A DNA stretch of 27,004 nt from Alphaproteobacteria bacterium (GCA_003531345.1 DQGZ01000228.1:1-27004); one strand, 5' to 3'. Positions 18,416-27,004 are shown, counted from the stretch's first letter. Notes: generated by a model not told the origin, from the letters alone. Numbers and translations: made by a program.

Positions 18416-20374
18416 ATGCCCCAAAATCTCCAAAACCTAGCTAATTGTATTCGTTTTTTATCTATTGATGCTGTTGAAAGAGCCAATTCTGGCCACCCTG
18501 GTATGCCAATGGGTATGGCTGATGTTGCTACAGTATTATTTGCTAACCATTTGAAATTTAACCCTAAAAACCCTAACTGGCTTGACAGGGATAGGTTTAT
18601 TTTATCTGCTGGGCACGGCTCAATGCTGTTATACTCTCTTCTTTATCTTACAGGTTATGAGGATATGAGCATTGAAGATATTAAAAATTTCCGCCAATTA
18701 CACTCTAAAACCTGTGGGCACCCTGAATTTGGGCATGCTGGCGGTATTGAAACTACTACTGGGCCACTTGGGCAAGGTATTGCAAATTCGGTTGGTTTTG
18801 CAATGGCTGAAAGGCTATTATCTGAAAAATTTGGTGCGGATATTTTTAACCATTACACTTATGTTATCGCAGGAGATGGTTGCTTAATGGAAGGTATATC
18901 TCAGGAAGCTATATCTCTGGCAGGGCATTTAAAATTAAATAAATTAATCGTTTTATTTGACGATAACAAAATAACTATTGATGGCGCAACATCACTTGCA
19001 ACATCTGAAGATCAACTTGCTAGGTTTCAAGCAAGCGGCTGGAACACAATAAAAATTGACGGGCATAATTATGAGCAAATTGACAACGCAATTTCTCAAG
19101 CAAAAAATTCTAATAAGCCAACTTTAATCGCCTGTGAAACTATAATTGCAAAAGGGGCACCAAAAAAAGCTGGCTCAAATGAAAGCCACGGCAGTCCACT
19201 TGGGGCTGAGGAAATCAAAGGCACTCGTGCTTTTTATAATTGGAATTATGAACCATTTATTATTCCTGAAAATTTACTTAATGAGTGGCAAGAAATCGGA
19301 AATAAAAGCGTAAAAGAGTTTTCAAAGTGGAATTCTTATTTTAATAAATCTTCAAATAAAACTGAGATAAAAAGGATATTTGAAAACAAGCTTCCAGTGG
19401 CATTTAATGATGCAATTAAAACTCTTAAACAGGAATTTGTTAACACTAAACCAAATTTCGCAACTAGAAAATCATCAGCAGTTTGTTTAGAAAAAATTAC
19501 TGAAGCTGTACCTGAATTAGTTGGTGGCTCTGCGGATTTAACAGGCTCAAATTTAACGAAAGCTAAGTTAAAGCCTATTACCCCTGATAATTTTAGCGGC
19601 GGTTATGTTTACTGGGGGGTTCGTGAGCACGGAATGAGTGCCGCTATGAATGGTATGGCACTTCACGGAGGAATTCGCCCTTATGGTGGAACATTCTTTG
19701 TATTTACGGATTATTGTAAACCAGCAATTCGCCTTTCTGCATTGATGAATCAACCAGTTATTTATGTGATGACTCACGATTCAATCGGGCTTGGAGAAGA
19801 TGGCCCAACCCACCAGCCAATTGAGCATTTAGCCTCAATGCGTGCGATACCTAATTTGCTCGTTCTGCGCCCTGCTGATGCCTATGAAACAGCAGAATGC
19901 TGGCAGATTGCGTTAGAAAATAAAACTGGCCCAACAATGCTGGTTTTAACCCGCCAGAACCTCCCTGCCCTGCGCACAGAATTTTCGGAAGAAAATAAAT
20001 CTGCAAAGGGTGCGTATATAATTTGTGATGTTCAAAACCCTGATGTAACCTTGCTTGCCAGTGGCAGTGAAGTTTCGCTTGCAGTTAAAGCAGCAGATGC
20101 ACTGGCTGCAAAAAACATCAAAGCAAAAGTTGTTTCTCTAGTTTCTTGGGAATTATTTGATAAACAGAAAAAGAAATACAAACGAGAAATTCTAGGCAAA
20201 TCCTCCCACCCGAAAATTGCCATTGAAGCTGCATCTGGTTTCGGCTGGGAAAAATATATCGGCACTAAAGGTAAATTTATCGGCATGAATTCCTTCGGTG
20301 CATCTGCCCCTGCTGAGAAATTATATGAATATTTTGGAATTACAGTAGAAAAAATTGTTGAGGAAATAATTTAG
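18416..20374 (+). CDS. tkt: Transketolase
   Basis: SGHPGMPMG, RDRFILSAGHGSMLLYS, TTGPLGQG, GDGCLMEG, THDSIGLGEDGPTHQP. Confidence 0.98.
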   Translation: MPQNLQNLANCIRFLSIDAVERANSGHPGMPMGMADVATVLFANHLKFNPKNPNWLDRDRFILSAGHGSMLLYSLLYLTGYEDMSIEDIKNFRQLHSKTCGHPEFGHAGGIETTTGPLGQGIANSVGFAMAERLLSEKFGADIFNHYTYVIAGDGCLMEGISQEAISLAGHLKLNKLIVLFDDNKITIDGATSLATSEDQLARFQASGWNTIKIDGHNYEQIDNAISQAKNSNKPTLIACETIIAKGAPKKAGSNESHGSPLGAEEIKGTRAFYNWNYEPFIIPENLLNEWQEIGNKSVKEFSKWNSYFNKSSNKTEIKRIFENKLPVAFNDAIKTLKQEFVNTKPNFATRKSSAVCLEKITEAVPELVGGSADLTGSNLTKAKLKPITPDNFSGGYVYWGVREHGMSAAMNGMALHGGIRPYGGTFFVFTDYCKPAIRLSALMNQPVIYVMTHDSIGLGEDGPTHQPIEHLASMRAIPNLLVLRPADAYETAECWQIALENKTGPTMLVLTRQNLPALRTEFSEENKSAKGAYIICDVQNPDVTLLASGSEVSLAVKAADALAAKNIKAKVVSLVSWELFDKQKKKYKREILGKSSHPKIAIEAASGFGWEKYIGTKGKFIGMNSFGASAPAEKLYEYFGITVEKIVEEII

Positions 20375-20649
20375 TTCCAAGTAAACTTTTCTTTTACATA
20401 TATTTTTTCAAGTTCTGTTGGTTCGCCTTTTCCTTCAAGTAAAACTTCGCCAAAGTTTTTGAATTCTATAGTTAAGCCTTGTTCTACTGCCCTATTATAA
20501 TCTTCAATTCCCTTTTTGTTAGCTTTAACAAATGCATAATAGTTCTCACCGCTATTGTTAGTGGCTTGAGATGTAAGCAACATAATAAAATCACTTTTTT
20601 CTAGTAAAATTTTATCAGTGTTTTTTATATTGAATTTAGTATTTTCCAT
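20371..20649 (-). CDS. Small hypothetical protein coupled to the upstream alpha-oxoamine synthase gene
   Basis: 92 aa; start overlaps the upstream stop by 14 nt; YYAFV...FGEVLLEGKGE resembles small Rickettsiales hypothetical proteins as recalled. Confidence 0.6.
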   Translation of the reverse strand: MENTKFNIKNTDKILLEKSDFIMLLTSQATNNSGENYYAFVKANKKGIEDYNRAVEQGLTIEFKNFGEVLLEGKGEPTELEKIYVKEKFTWN

Positions 20650-21950
20650 TTTGTTTTTCTAATGTTTGTTTTTCAGCACAGCAAAAAAATTCAGCAGATA
20701 CAGCTTTGCCTTCTCTTCTGCCTATTATATTATGTTTAGATAATACTTGCTCAAGAGCTTCTGCCAAGCCCTGTATATGTTCTTTTGTATGTGAGGCATT
20801 AACTATAATTCTTAATCTTGCTTCACCTATAGGCACAGAAGGATGGAAAACTGGTCTACACAAATAACCTTTTTCTAATAAATCTTGAGCTACCGCTTTA
20901 GCTTCTGTTGCATCATTAACCCCTTCTTTTTTATCACCAATCATTATTGGTATTATATGCCCTCCAAAATCTAAAAACGGCAATTTCTTTTCGGTGAATA
21001 CTTGTTTTGCAAAAGCAACATTTTCTCTATGCGAAACTCTTTCTTGGCAGTTTTCATCCATTAAATATTTTGATGTAAATAATGCTGTTGCTGTAATTAT
21101 TGGCGGCTCTGTTGATGTAAAAATGTAAGAAGGCGACATTTTCATAGCTGTTGTAAAAGCCTTGTTTGCAATTACAAACCCACCTTTTGAACCATGAGCC
21201 TTGCCAAAACCACCAACTACAATATCTATATCATCTCTTACCCGAGAGCTTTCACATATCCCCCCCCCCACGAGAACCATACAAGCCAACTGCGTGAACT
21301 TCATCATCTATAGTTAGTGCATCATATTTTTTAGCAAGTGCCACTACGTCTTTAATATTAGGCATTGCTCCATCCATTGAATATATGCCCTCAAAAACTA
21401 TTATAGGCTTTGAATTTGGATAAGTGGTTTTTACCTTTCTAAGTTCTCGCTCCAAATCTTCCATATCATTGTGAGCAAATATAGCTTTTGGAAGCCCTCT
21501 CATACCCTCAATAATTGACCTGTGATTTAACTGGTCGCTTACAAATACTAGCCTGTTATCATATACTTTTGCTAGCATCTTTAGCGTTTCCATATTTGCA
21601 TCATATCCTGACCCAAAAATGACAGAGCCTTCCCTCTCATACACGCTTGCAATTTGGTGTTCTAGCTCTGACAATTCTGGGTATCTGCCACCCAGATTAT
21701 GGCTTCCGCCTGAGCCTATACCCCTAGCTTTAACAACTTCTATTGCTTGATTTACAAATCTTTCATTGGTGGCTAAACCAAGATAGTCATTTGATGAGAA
21801 TGTAACAACTTCTCTGCCATCAAGAGTTCCTCTAGGAAAAATACCAACACCTGAGTTAAAATCCCAGAATTGTCTTTCTAAATCCCTGCTAGCATATTGC
21901 TCACCAAAATATGCTTGAGATAATTCTGCTAATGTTTTTGAATGAAGCAT
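20636..21950 (-). pseudogene. 5-aminolevulinate-synthase-like PLP alpha-oxoamine synthase, split by a +1 frameshift at a G10 tract (phase variation or sequencing error)
   Basis: 5' ORF has SNDYLGL, SDQLNHRSII, IYSMDG, DEVHAVGLYG; 3' ORF has FGKAHGSKGG (PLP Lys) and PSVPIGEARLRI. C10 at 21260-21269; removing one base gives RGGGICE and a 437-aa product. Confidence 0.85.
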
Positions 21951-22069
21951 AATATCTATAAATTCTACACCCGAATTTTAACATACAAACCTTAATTCTT
22001 CGTTAACGCTCTTGATTTTTTTGCTATTTTTACTAAAAACTAGCGACTGAAAACTAATAACTTACAAAA

Positions 22070-23074
22070 ATGGCAGTAAAAGTAGCACTTAATGGAATGG
22101 GAAGAATTGGTAGATGTATTTTAAGGCATTACCTTGAAAGCAACAGAAAGGATGTTGAAATTGTTGCCGTTAACGCCCCTGGCGACATTAAAAGGCACAT
22201 TCACCTACTTAAATATGACTCTATCCACGGGGTTTTGCCCGTTGCCGTTAATGGTGATGAGAAATCGTTTACCGCTGGTGATAAAAAAATGGTGCGCTTT
22301 GATGAGCGTGACCCAGCGAAAATTGACTGGGCATCAACTGGTGCAGAAATAGTTCTGGAATGCACTGGCCACTTCAAAACCAAAGATGAAGCATCAGCCT
22401 ATAGAAGCATCAGTGATGTTAAAGTTATGATATCTGCCCCCTCCCCCGATGCTGACGCAACAATAGTAATGGGTGTTAATGATGATATCTTAAAGAAGGA
22501 ACACAATATTATATCCATTGGCAGTTGTACAACTAACTGCCTTGCACCTGTTGCAAAAGTTTTAAATGACAAACTAGGCATTGAAAAAGCCTTTGTTACT
22601 ACTGTTCACGCATATACTTCTGACCAAAACTTAGTTGATGGCGCACATAATGATTTAAGGCGCGCAAGGGCGGCCAATTTAGCAATGATTCCTACCTCTA
22701 CTGGGGCGGCTAAGGCCATTGGGCAGGTTATCCCTGAGCTTAAAGGCAAGTTTGACGGCACTGCAATTCGCGTTCCAACCCCCAATGTTTCTATGATTGA
22801 TTTCTGCGCTAATGTTTCCCGTGAAACATCTGTTGATGAGATTAACAAATTAATGAGGGAGGCTTCAGAAGGAAAATTAAAGGGCATTTTGGGCTACACT
22901 GAAGAGCCTTTAGTTTCTATTGACTTCAACGGCACAACTGAAAGCTCATATTTTGATGCAACTGGCACCTATGTTCTGGGTAAAAACTTTATCCGTATAG
23001 TAAGCTGGTATGATAATGAGTTCGCCTTCTCCGTTCGTATGCTTGATGTTGCCGCTAAGTGGGGCAATTTATAG
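22070..23074 (+). CDS. gap: Glyceraldehyde-3-phosphate dehydrogenase, type I
   Basis: NGMGRIGR, catalytic SCTTNCLAP, PTSTGAAKA, RVPTPNVS, SWYDNE. Confidence 0.97.
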   Translation: MAVKVALNGMGRIGRCILRHYLESNRKDVEIVAVNAPGDIKRHIHLLKYDSIHGVLPVAVNGDEKSFTAGDKKMVRFDERDPAKIDWASTGAEIVLECTGHFKTKDEASAYRSISDVKVMISAPSPDADATIVMGVNDDILKKEHNIISIGSCTTNCLAPVAKVLNDKLGIEKAFVTTVHAYTSDQNLVDGAHNDLRRARAANLAMIPTSTGAAKAIGQVIPELKGKFDGTAIRVPTPNVSMIDFCANVSRETSVDEINKLMREASEGKLKGILGYTEEPLVSIDFNGTTESSYFDATGTYVLGKNFIRIVSWYDNEFAFSVRMLDVAAKWGNL

Positions 23075-23083
23075 TTTGATTTT

Positions 23084-23160
23084 GGGTGGTTAGCTCAGAT
23101 GGTTAGAGCGCTACGTTGACATCGTAGAGGTCGTTGGTTCGATCCCAATACCACCCACCA
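23084..23160 (+). tRNA. tRNA-Val(GAC)
   Basis: Acceptor GGGTGGT/ACCACCC plus encoded CCA, D-arm AGCTCAG...AGAGC, anticodon arm CTACG-TTGACAT-CGTAG, T-loop GGTTCGATCC; 77 nt. Confidence 0.97.
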
Positions 23161-23309
23161 TTTTGTAAAAACTTTGATTAGGTTTAAGCCTTAAATTGAT
23201 AATATTTGTATTAATAGTTAGTTTATTGAACTGAAATATAACTGACCTTCAATATCCAATTATGTCCGTTTCATATCCATTAAATTTGCCTGGATTATCT
23301 TAAATCACC

Positions 23310-23990
23310 CTAAAAACTTGCGAATATTGGCATATGGTCGCTATGTAGCAACCACTCTTCTGGCTTTCCTATTTCAATTTTTGCGTCTCTAGTTATCATT
23401 TCTTTTGGTACAAAAATATAGTCTATATGATAAGGTTTTAACTTATCTCTGTACATGTAAAGCGTTGCTTCACTTTCTTTTCCTTGATTCTCTCCTGTTA
23501 TTTCGTGATAAAGGCTTTTTATACCAATTTCGTCTAATATCTTAACCACCTCCGAGTGGTTCCATTCTCTTTTTGGCTTGTCCCAACAAGAATTACTATT
23601 AAAATCCCCACATAATATTGTTGGTTGGTTTGCAATTTCTTGTTTGTGTTTATTTAAATATTTCCATAGCTGACCTATGTAAGAAAATTTATCTCCCTGA
23701 TCTTGCTTTGTCCATACCGCAATTAAGTTTATACTATCATTTACTCTTACTGGAAGAAAGTGTTTTAGATCTTCTGAATCCCAATTTAGAGGCTCTAGCT
23801 TTTGGTTTTTATTGCATATTACAGCTAGTCCTCTTTTTTCTCCCTTCCAATAAAATTGCTGGTTTTGGTATATATCTTCTATTTCTTGCTTTCCGCACTC
23901 CTGCAAGACTAGTATATCTAAACCTAGTGGCTCTAGTAATTGAGCCTTTTTTCTATACGCACCGTTACAATTCCACGATACAATTTTCAC
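23310..23990 (-). CDS. Endonuclease/exonuclease/phosphatase (EEP) family protein
   Basis: SWNCNG, DILVLQEC, CGDFNS, HIDYIF, SDHMPI motifs; GTG start overlaps the upstream TAG (TAGTG). Confidence 0.9.
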   Translation of the reverse strand: MKIVSWNCNGAYRKKAQLLEPLGLDILVLQECGKQEIEDIYQNQQFYWKGEKRGLAVICNKNQKLEPLNWDSEDLKHFLPVRVNDSINLIAVWTKQDQGDKFSYIGQLWKYLNKHKQEIANQPTILCGDFNSNSCWDKPKREWNHSEVVKILDEIGIKSLYHEITGENQGKESEATLYMYRDKLKPYHIDYIFVPKEMITRDAKIEIGKPEEWLLHSDHMPIFASF

Positions 23991-24211
23991 TATTTACCCT
24001 TTCCGCACTTAATTTTGCCTTCTTTTCCTGCGTCTTTACCTTTGCAACAGCATTTCTCTTTACCGCATTTTTCGCATTTGCATTTTTCCTTGCAACAACA
24101 AGGTTTTTCCCTGCCTGATATGTCACACCCCCTGCCCTTCTGCATATTGCAACATGAGGCTAAAGCCGCAGTTGCGAAAGCAATTGTTATAATGTTCAAT
24201 AGTTTTTTCAT
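23990..24211 (-). CDS. Small Cys/Lys-rich, metallothionein-like predicted lipoprotein
   Basis: AAGGAG SD 5 nt before ATG; MKK plus hydrophobic core plus lipobox LASC; 13 Cys in 73 aa with CCC and CxCxxC clusters. Confidence 0.75.
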   Translation of the reverse strand: MKKLLNIITIAFATAALASCCNMQKGRGCDISGREKPCCCKEKCKCEKCGKEKCCCKGKDAGKEGKIKCGKGK

Positions 24212-24213
24212 AG

Positions 24214-25116
24214 TTACTCCTTTTTGGTTAATTTCCTTATCATCAGCCTTTTCAACCTTCTTGGGTCAGCTTCTAATATTTCAAACTCAATTTCATCATT
24301 CATTTTAATTATCTCACCTTTGACTGGTATTCTGGAGGTGAGGTTGAATATCAGCCCGCCTATTGTGTCATATTCGTTATTTTCTGCTAGTTTTATATCC
24401 AGTTCTGTTTTCTTTATGATATCTTCAATATACATTCTTGAAGATACTTCATATTCATTATCATTCAGTTTATTGAATATAAGGTTGGTATCTTCCCTGA
24501 CATGCTCGTCTTCAATATTACCAACTATTTCCTCAATAATATCTTCTAGGGTAACTATACCTTCTGTTCCACCATATTCATCAACTACTATTGCAATGTG
24601 AACATGGCTCTGTTGCATGCGGATAAGCAGATTGCCTATTTTCATTGAAGCAGGAACAAACAGACATTTCCTAATAATATCAGCTATTTTCAATTTTGTT
24701 TTGTTGAAAAAACTGCGTGCAACATCTTTGATATGTATAAAACCCAGAACCTCATCAAGGTCACCTTTATATACTGGAATTCTGGTATAGGTTTTTCCTA
24801 ACAATTTTTCCTGAAGATTTTCAAAATCTATATCGCTGGGAATTGAAAATATATCAGACCTAGGGATCATTATATCTTCCACATAAAGCTCATTGAATTC
24901 CAAAATATTTCTGATAATTGCCTTTTGTCCATCTGGAATATCTTCCTCTGTATGTTGATTTTCATCAAGAATTTCCTCCAGAGACTCTCTGAGGCTTTGT
25001 TTTTGCCTGAAGTTAAATATATTTGTAATTCTGCTTATTGTGTTTAGAAGCTTTTCTTTAACCTCTCCCTGGTATTCCTTATCGTGTTTTTCAAATGTAT
25101 CTTCTTTGGTATTCAT
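24214..25116 (-). CDS. HlyC/CorC-family CBS-domain protein (Mg/Co transport-associated, TlyC-like)
   Basis: VEDIMIPRSDI, YTRIPVY, HIAIVVDEYGGTEGIVTLEDIIEEIVGNIEDEH, C-terminal YDTIGGLI transporter-associated domain. Confidence 0.93.
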   Translation of the reverse strand: MNTKEDTFEKHDKEYQGEVKEKLLNTISRITNIFNFRQKQSLRESLEEILDENQHTEEDIPDGQKAIIRNILEFNELYVEDIMIPRSDIFSIPSDIDFENLQEKLLGKTYTRIPVYKGDLDEVLGFIHIKDVARSFFNKTKLKIADIIRKCLFVPASMKIGNLLIRMQQSHVHIAIVVDEYGGTEGIVTLEDIIEEIVGNIEDEHVREDTNLIFNKLNDNEYEVSSRMYIEDIIKKTELDIKLAENNEYDTIGGLIFNLTSRIPVKGEIIKMNDEIEFEILEADPRRLKRLMIRKLTKKE

Positions 25117-25209
25117 GAACTTAAATTTATACCCTAAAAGGTGGATTGTATTTGATATTTACGCAAAAATCTATATCTAATATCATTAATTTTAATTAGT
25201 AATATCTGG

Positions 25210-25581
25210 ATGGCAAGTATAGGTACAAAATTATTTACTTTATTTTTTGGTCAGAAAGTTGGGGAAGATGTATTCGGAAACATATATTACCAAACTAGAA
25301 AGCCGCAAAGTACCGTTGGAAGGTATAATAAGAACAGAAGATGGGTTATTTTTAATGGTAAAAATGAACCTTCTAAGGTTCCTGCTGAATGGCATGGCTG
25401 GCTTCATTTTTCCTTTGACGAAATTCCTGATATCAAGGTAAAAGGATATTATTGGCAAAAATCTCATACCCCAAACCTTACTGGAAGTGACCTCATGTAC
25501 TTACCTTATGGTCATAAAGAATCCATAGGTAAAAGGGAAAAAGCTACTGGTGATTATAAACCATGGAAACCAAATCAATAA
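25210..25581 (+). CDS. NADH:ubiquinone oxidoreductase subunit NDUFA12-family protein
   Basis: GQKVGEDVFGNIYY, RRWVIF, SKVPAEWHGWLH, HTPNLTGS, GDYKPWKP. Confidence 0.92.
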   Translation: MASIGTKLFTLFFGQKVGEDVFGNIYYQTRKPQSTVGRYNKNRRWVIFNGKNEPSKVPAEWHGWLHFSFDEIPDIKVKGYYWQKSHTPNLTGSDLMYLPYGHKESIGKREKATGDYKPWKPNQ

Positions 25582-25599
25582 CAACTAATAAAATATAAA

Positions 25600-26094
25600 A
25601 TGACTAAAAACTATTTTGAAACATTCGTGGGCTTTTCCGTAATATTCATAGCGATATATTTTATATTATTTGCAATGAATAATACTGGTACTAAAAATAA
25701 CTACGGTTATAGCCTTAATATAACTTTTGACAGGGTGGACGGACTTGCTGTAGGAAGTGATGTAAAAATAAGCGGTCTAAAAGTTGGAACTGTAACTGAA
25801 GCATCAATAGATGCTAAAACTTACTTAGCAAAAATAATCATTAATATTCGTGATGACGTGAAGATACCAGCAGACTCAACTGCTGAAATAATAAGTTCTG
25901 GTTTACTGGGTGATAAATATATAGCACTTGTACCTGGTGGCGATGATGAATATCTAAAAAATGGTGATAAAATATCTTTCTCACAAAGCTCTATTTCTAT
26001 TGAATCTTTAATAAGCAAGTTTATGTTCAGTTCAGATAATAAAGAAAAAAAATCTGAAAAAGATGAGCTAGAAACTGATGACATCTTCAAATAA
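25600..26094 (+). CDS. mlaD: Outer-membrane lipid asymmetry protein MlaD (MCE domain)
   Basis: ETFVGF TM anchor, VDGLAVGSDVKISGLKVGTV, SSGLLGDKYIALVPGG; conserved position after NDUFA12. Confidence 0.92.
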   Translation: MTKNYFETFVGFSVIFIAIYFILFAMNNTGTKNNYGYSLNITFDRVDGLAVGSDVKISGLKVGTVTEASIDAKTYLAKIIINIRDDVKIPADSTAEIISSGLLGDKYIALVPGGDDEYLKNGDKISFSQSSISIESLISKFMFSSDNKEKKSEKDELETDDIFK

Positions 26095-26998
26095 AAAAGA
26101 ATTATTTACCAGTATATTCTCAACTATTATCGGGCATAATAATATCAAAAATATACTGCTGGATTTTTACCTGAGAGATAGTATTCCTAGTTCTATTATA
26201 TTCTATGGAAATGAGGGAATAGGAAAGTTTAAAACGGCAGATACATTCTCTAAATTAATCTCAAGAAAAGAAGAAAAGGAAAATGACGAATTATCATTAT
26301 TTCAAATTGAGGATAGCCTCAATAAATATGATATTTCAACCCAAACTTATGAAGATATAAAGATAATTGAACCGAATGCTAACGGTATAATAACTTCTGA
26401 TAATATCAAGGATATAAAGAATATTACTAATTTTTCTTCATCCTATTCAAAATATAAAATAATTATCATCAACAAGGCAGAAAATTTAAACATACAGGCA
26501 GCTAATTCAATTTTAAAGATACTTGAGGAGCCAAGCAATAACACCCTGTTCATTTTGGTTTGTAATGACATTAACAAATTATATGAAACTATAAAATCAC
26601 GATGTATAAAAATAAGGTTCAATAATTTAAGTTTTAATGATTATAAGGCTATCCTGAAAGAGAATAATATAGAAGCAGATTATGACCTCTTTTCAAAAAC
26701 AAGTGGTTCTATAAGTAAAACAATTGATATATTAGAAAATAAAATATTGGAATCTGTAGATAGTTTTTTAGATATAATAAAAAGGGGAGATAATAATATT
26801 GGTTCATTAACTAAAATATCTGAAAAGTTCAAAGATCATAAAAAGAAAACAAACTACATACTTTTTTTAGATATTCTTACAAATGAGTTGTTAAAAAAAA
26901 ATAATAACAGGAAAATAATAGAGCTTATAGAAAAGCTAAATTATAAAAACACGGATATCTCAGATAATATAAAATCTATAAGATATAAGTGTTTATAA
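26078..26998 (+). CDS. holB: DNA polymerase III subunit delta'
   Basis: IIGH, GNEGIGK, KIIIINKAENLNIQAANSILKILEEP, TIKSRC sensor motif. Confidence 0.8.
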   Translation: MTSSNKKELFTSIFSTIIGHNNIKNILLDFYLRDSIPSSIIFYGNEGIGKFKTADTFSKLISRKEEKENDELSLFQIEDSLNKYDISTQTYEDIKIIEPNANGIITSDNIKDIKNITNFSSSYSKYKIIIINKAENLNIQAANSILKILEEPSNNTLFILVCNDINKLYETIKSRCIKIRFNNLSFNDYKAILKENNIEADYDLFSKTSGSISKTIDILENKILESVDSFLDIIKRGDNNIGSLTKISEKFKDHKKKTNYILFLDILTNELLKKNNNRKIIELIEKLNYKNTDISDNIKSIRYKCL

Positions 26999-27004
26999 TT
27001 AGTA

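Noticed and set aside
21270-21307. Independent start for the 223-aa ORF 20636-21307
   Set aside because: Its first residues (MMKFTQLACMVLV) are an off-frame reading of DDEVHAVGLYGSR; it is the 3' half of the frameshifted gene.
23161-23990. Integrative element or prophage at tRNA-Val
   Set aside because: No integrase and no duplicated tRNA 3' end (att site) was found in the window.
114-25467. Other short alternative-frame ORFs overlapping lpdA, glyA, virB4, tkt, gap, the EEP gene, corC and NDUFA12 (e.g. 23618-24118, 23940-24308)
   Set aside because: They overlap well-supported genes almost entirely and have Phe/Leu/Ser-rich antisense composition.
1-27004. CRISPR array, rRNA, tmRNA, RNase P RNA, SRP RNA, transposase
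   Set aside because: No regularly spaced direct repeats or diagnostic conserved motifs were seen on either strand.

Overview
AT-rich alphaproteobacterial chromosome segment, most consistent with a Rickettsiales-related lineage: it carries rvh-type VirB4 and VirB6 genes, NDUFA12-mlaD, a DUF3576-like lipoprotein gene and a Rickettsia-palindromic-element-like repeat, and also keeps tkt, gap, rpiB and glyA. Most genes are housekeeping (fdx, lpdA, rpmA, rplU, dnaN, rpiB, glyA, rpsT, tkt, gap, tRNA-Val(GAC), corC/hlyC-like, NDUFA12, mlaD, holB). Main points of interest: (1) a virB4(paralog-II-like)-virB6 two-gene operon whose 1992-aa VirB6 ends in a SecA-type SEC-C metal-binding motif; (2) a 73-aa, 13-Cys metallothionein-like lipoprotein sandwiched between a CorC-like gene and an EEP nuclease gene; (3) a divergent ALAS-like alpha-oxoamine synthase frameshifted exactly at a G10 tract and lying between tkt and gap; (4) a ~160-nt structured intergenic RNA candidate; (5) an orphan PIN-like nuclease with a decayed gene upstream. 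All family assignments come from motif recognition by eye; no database searches were run.
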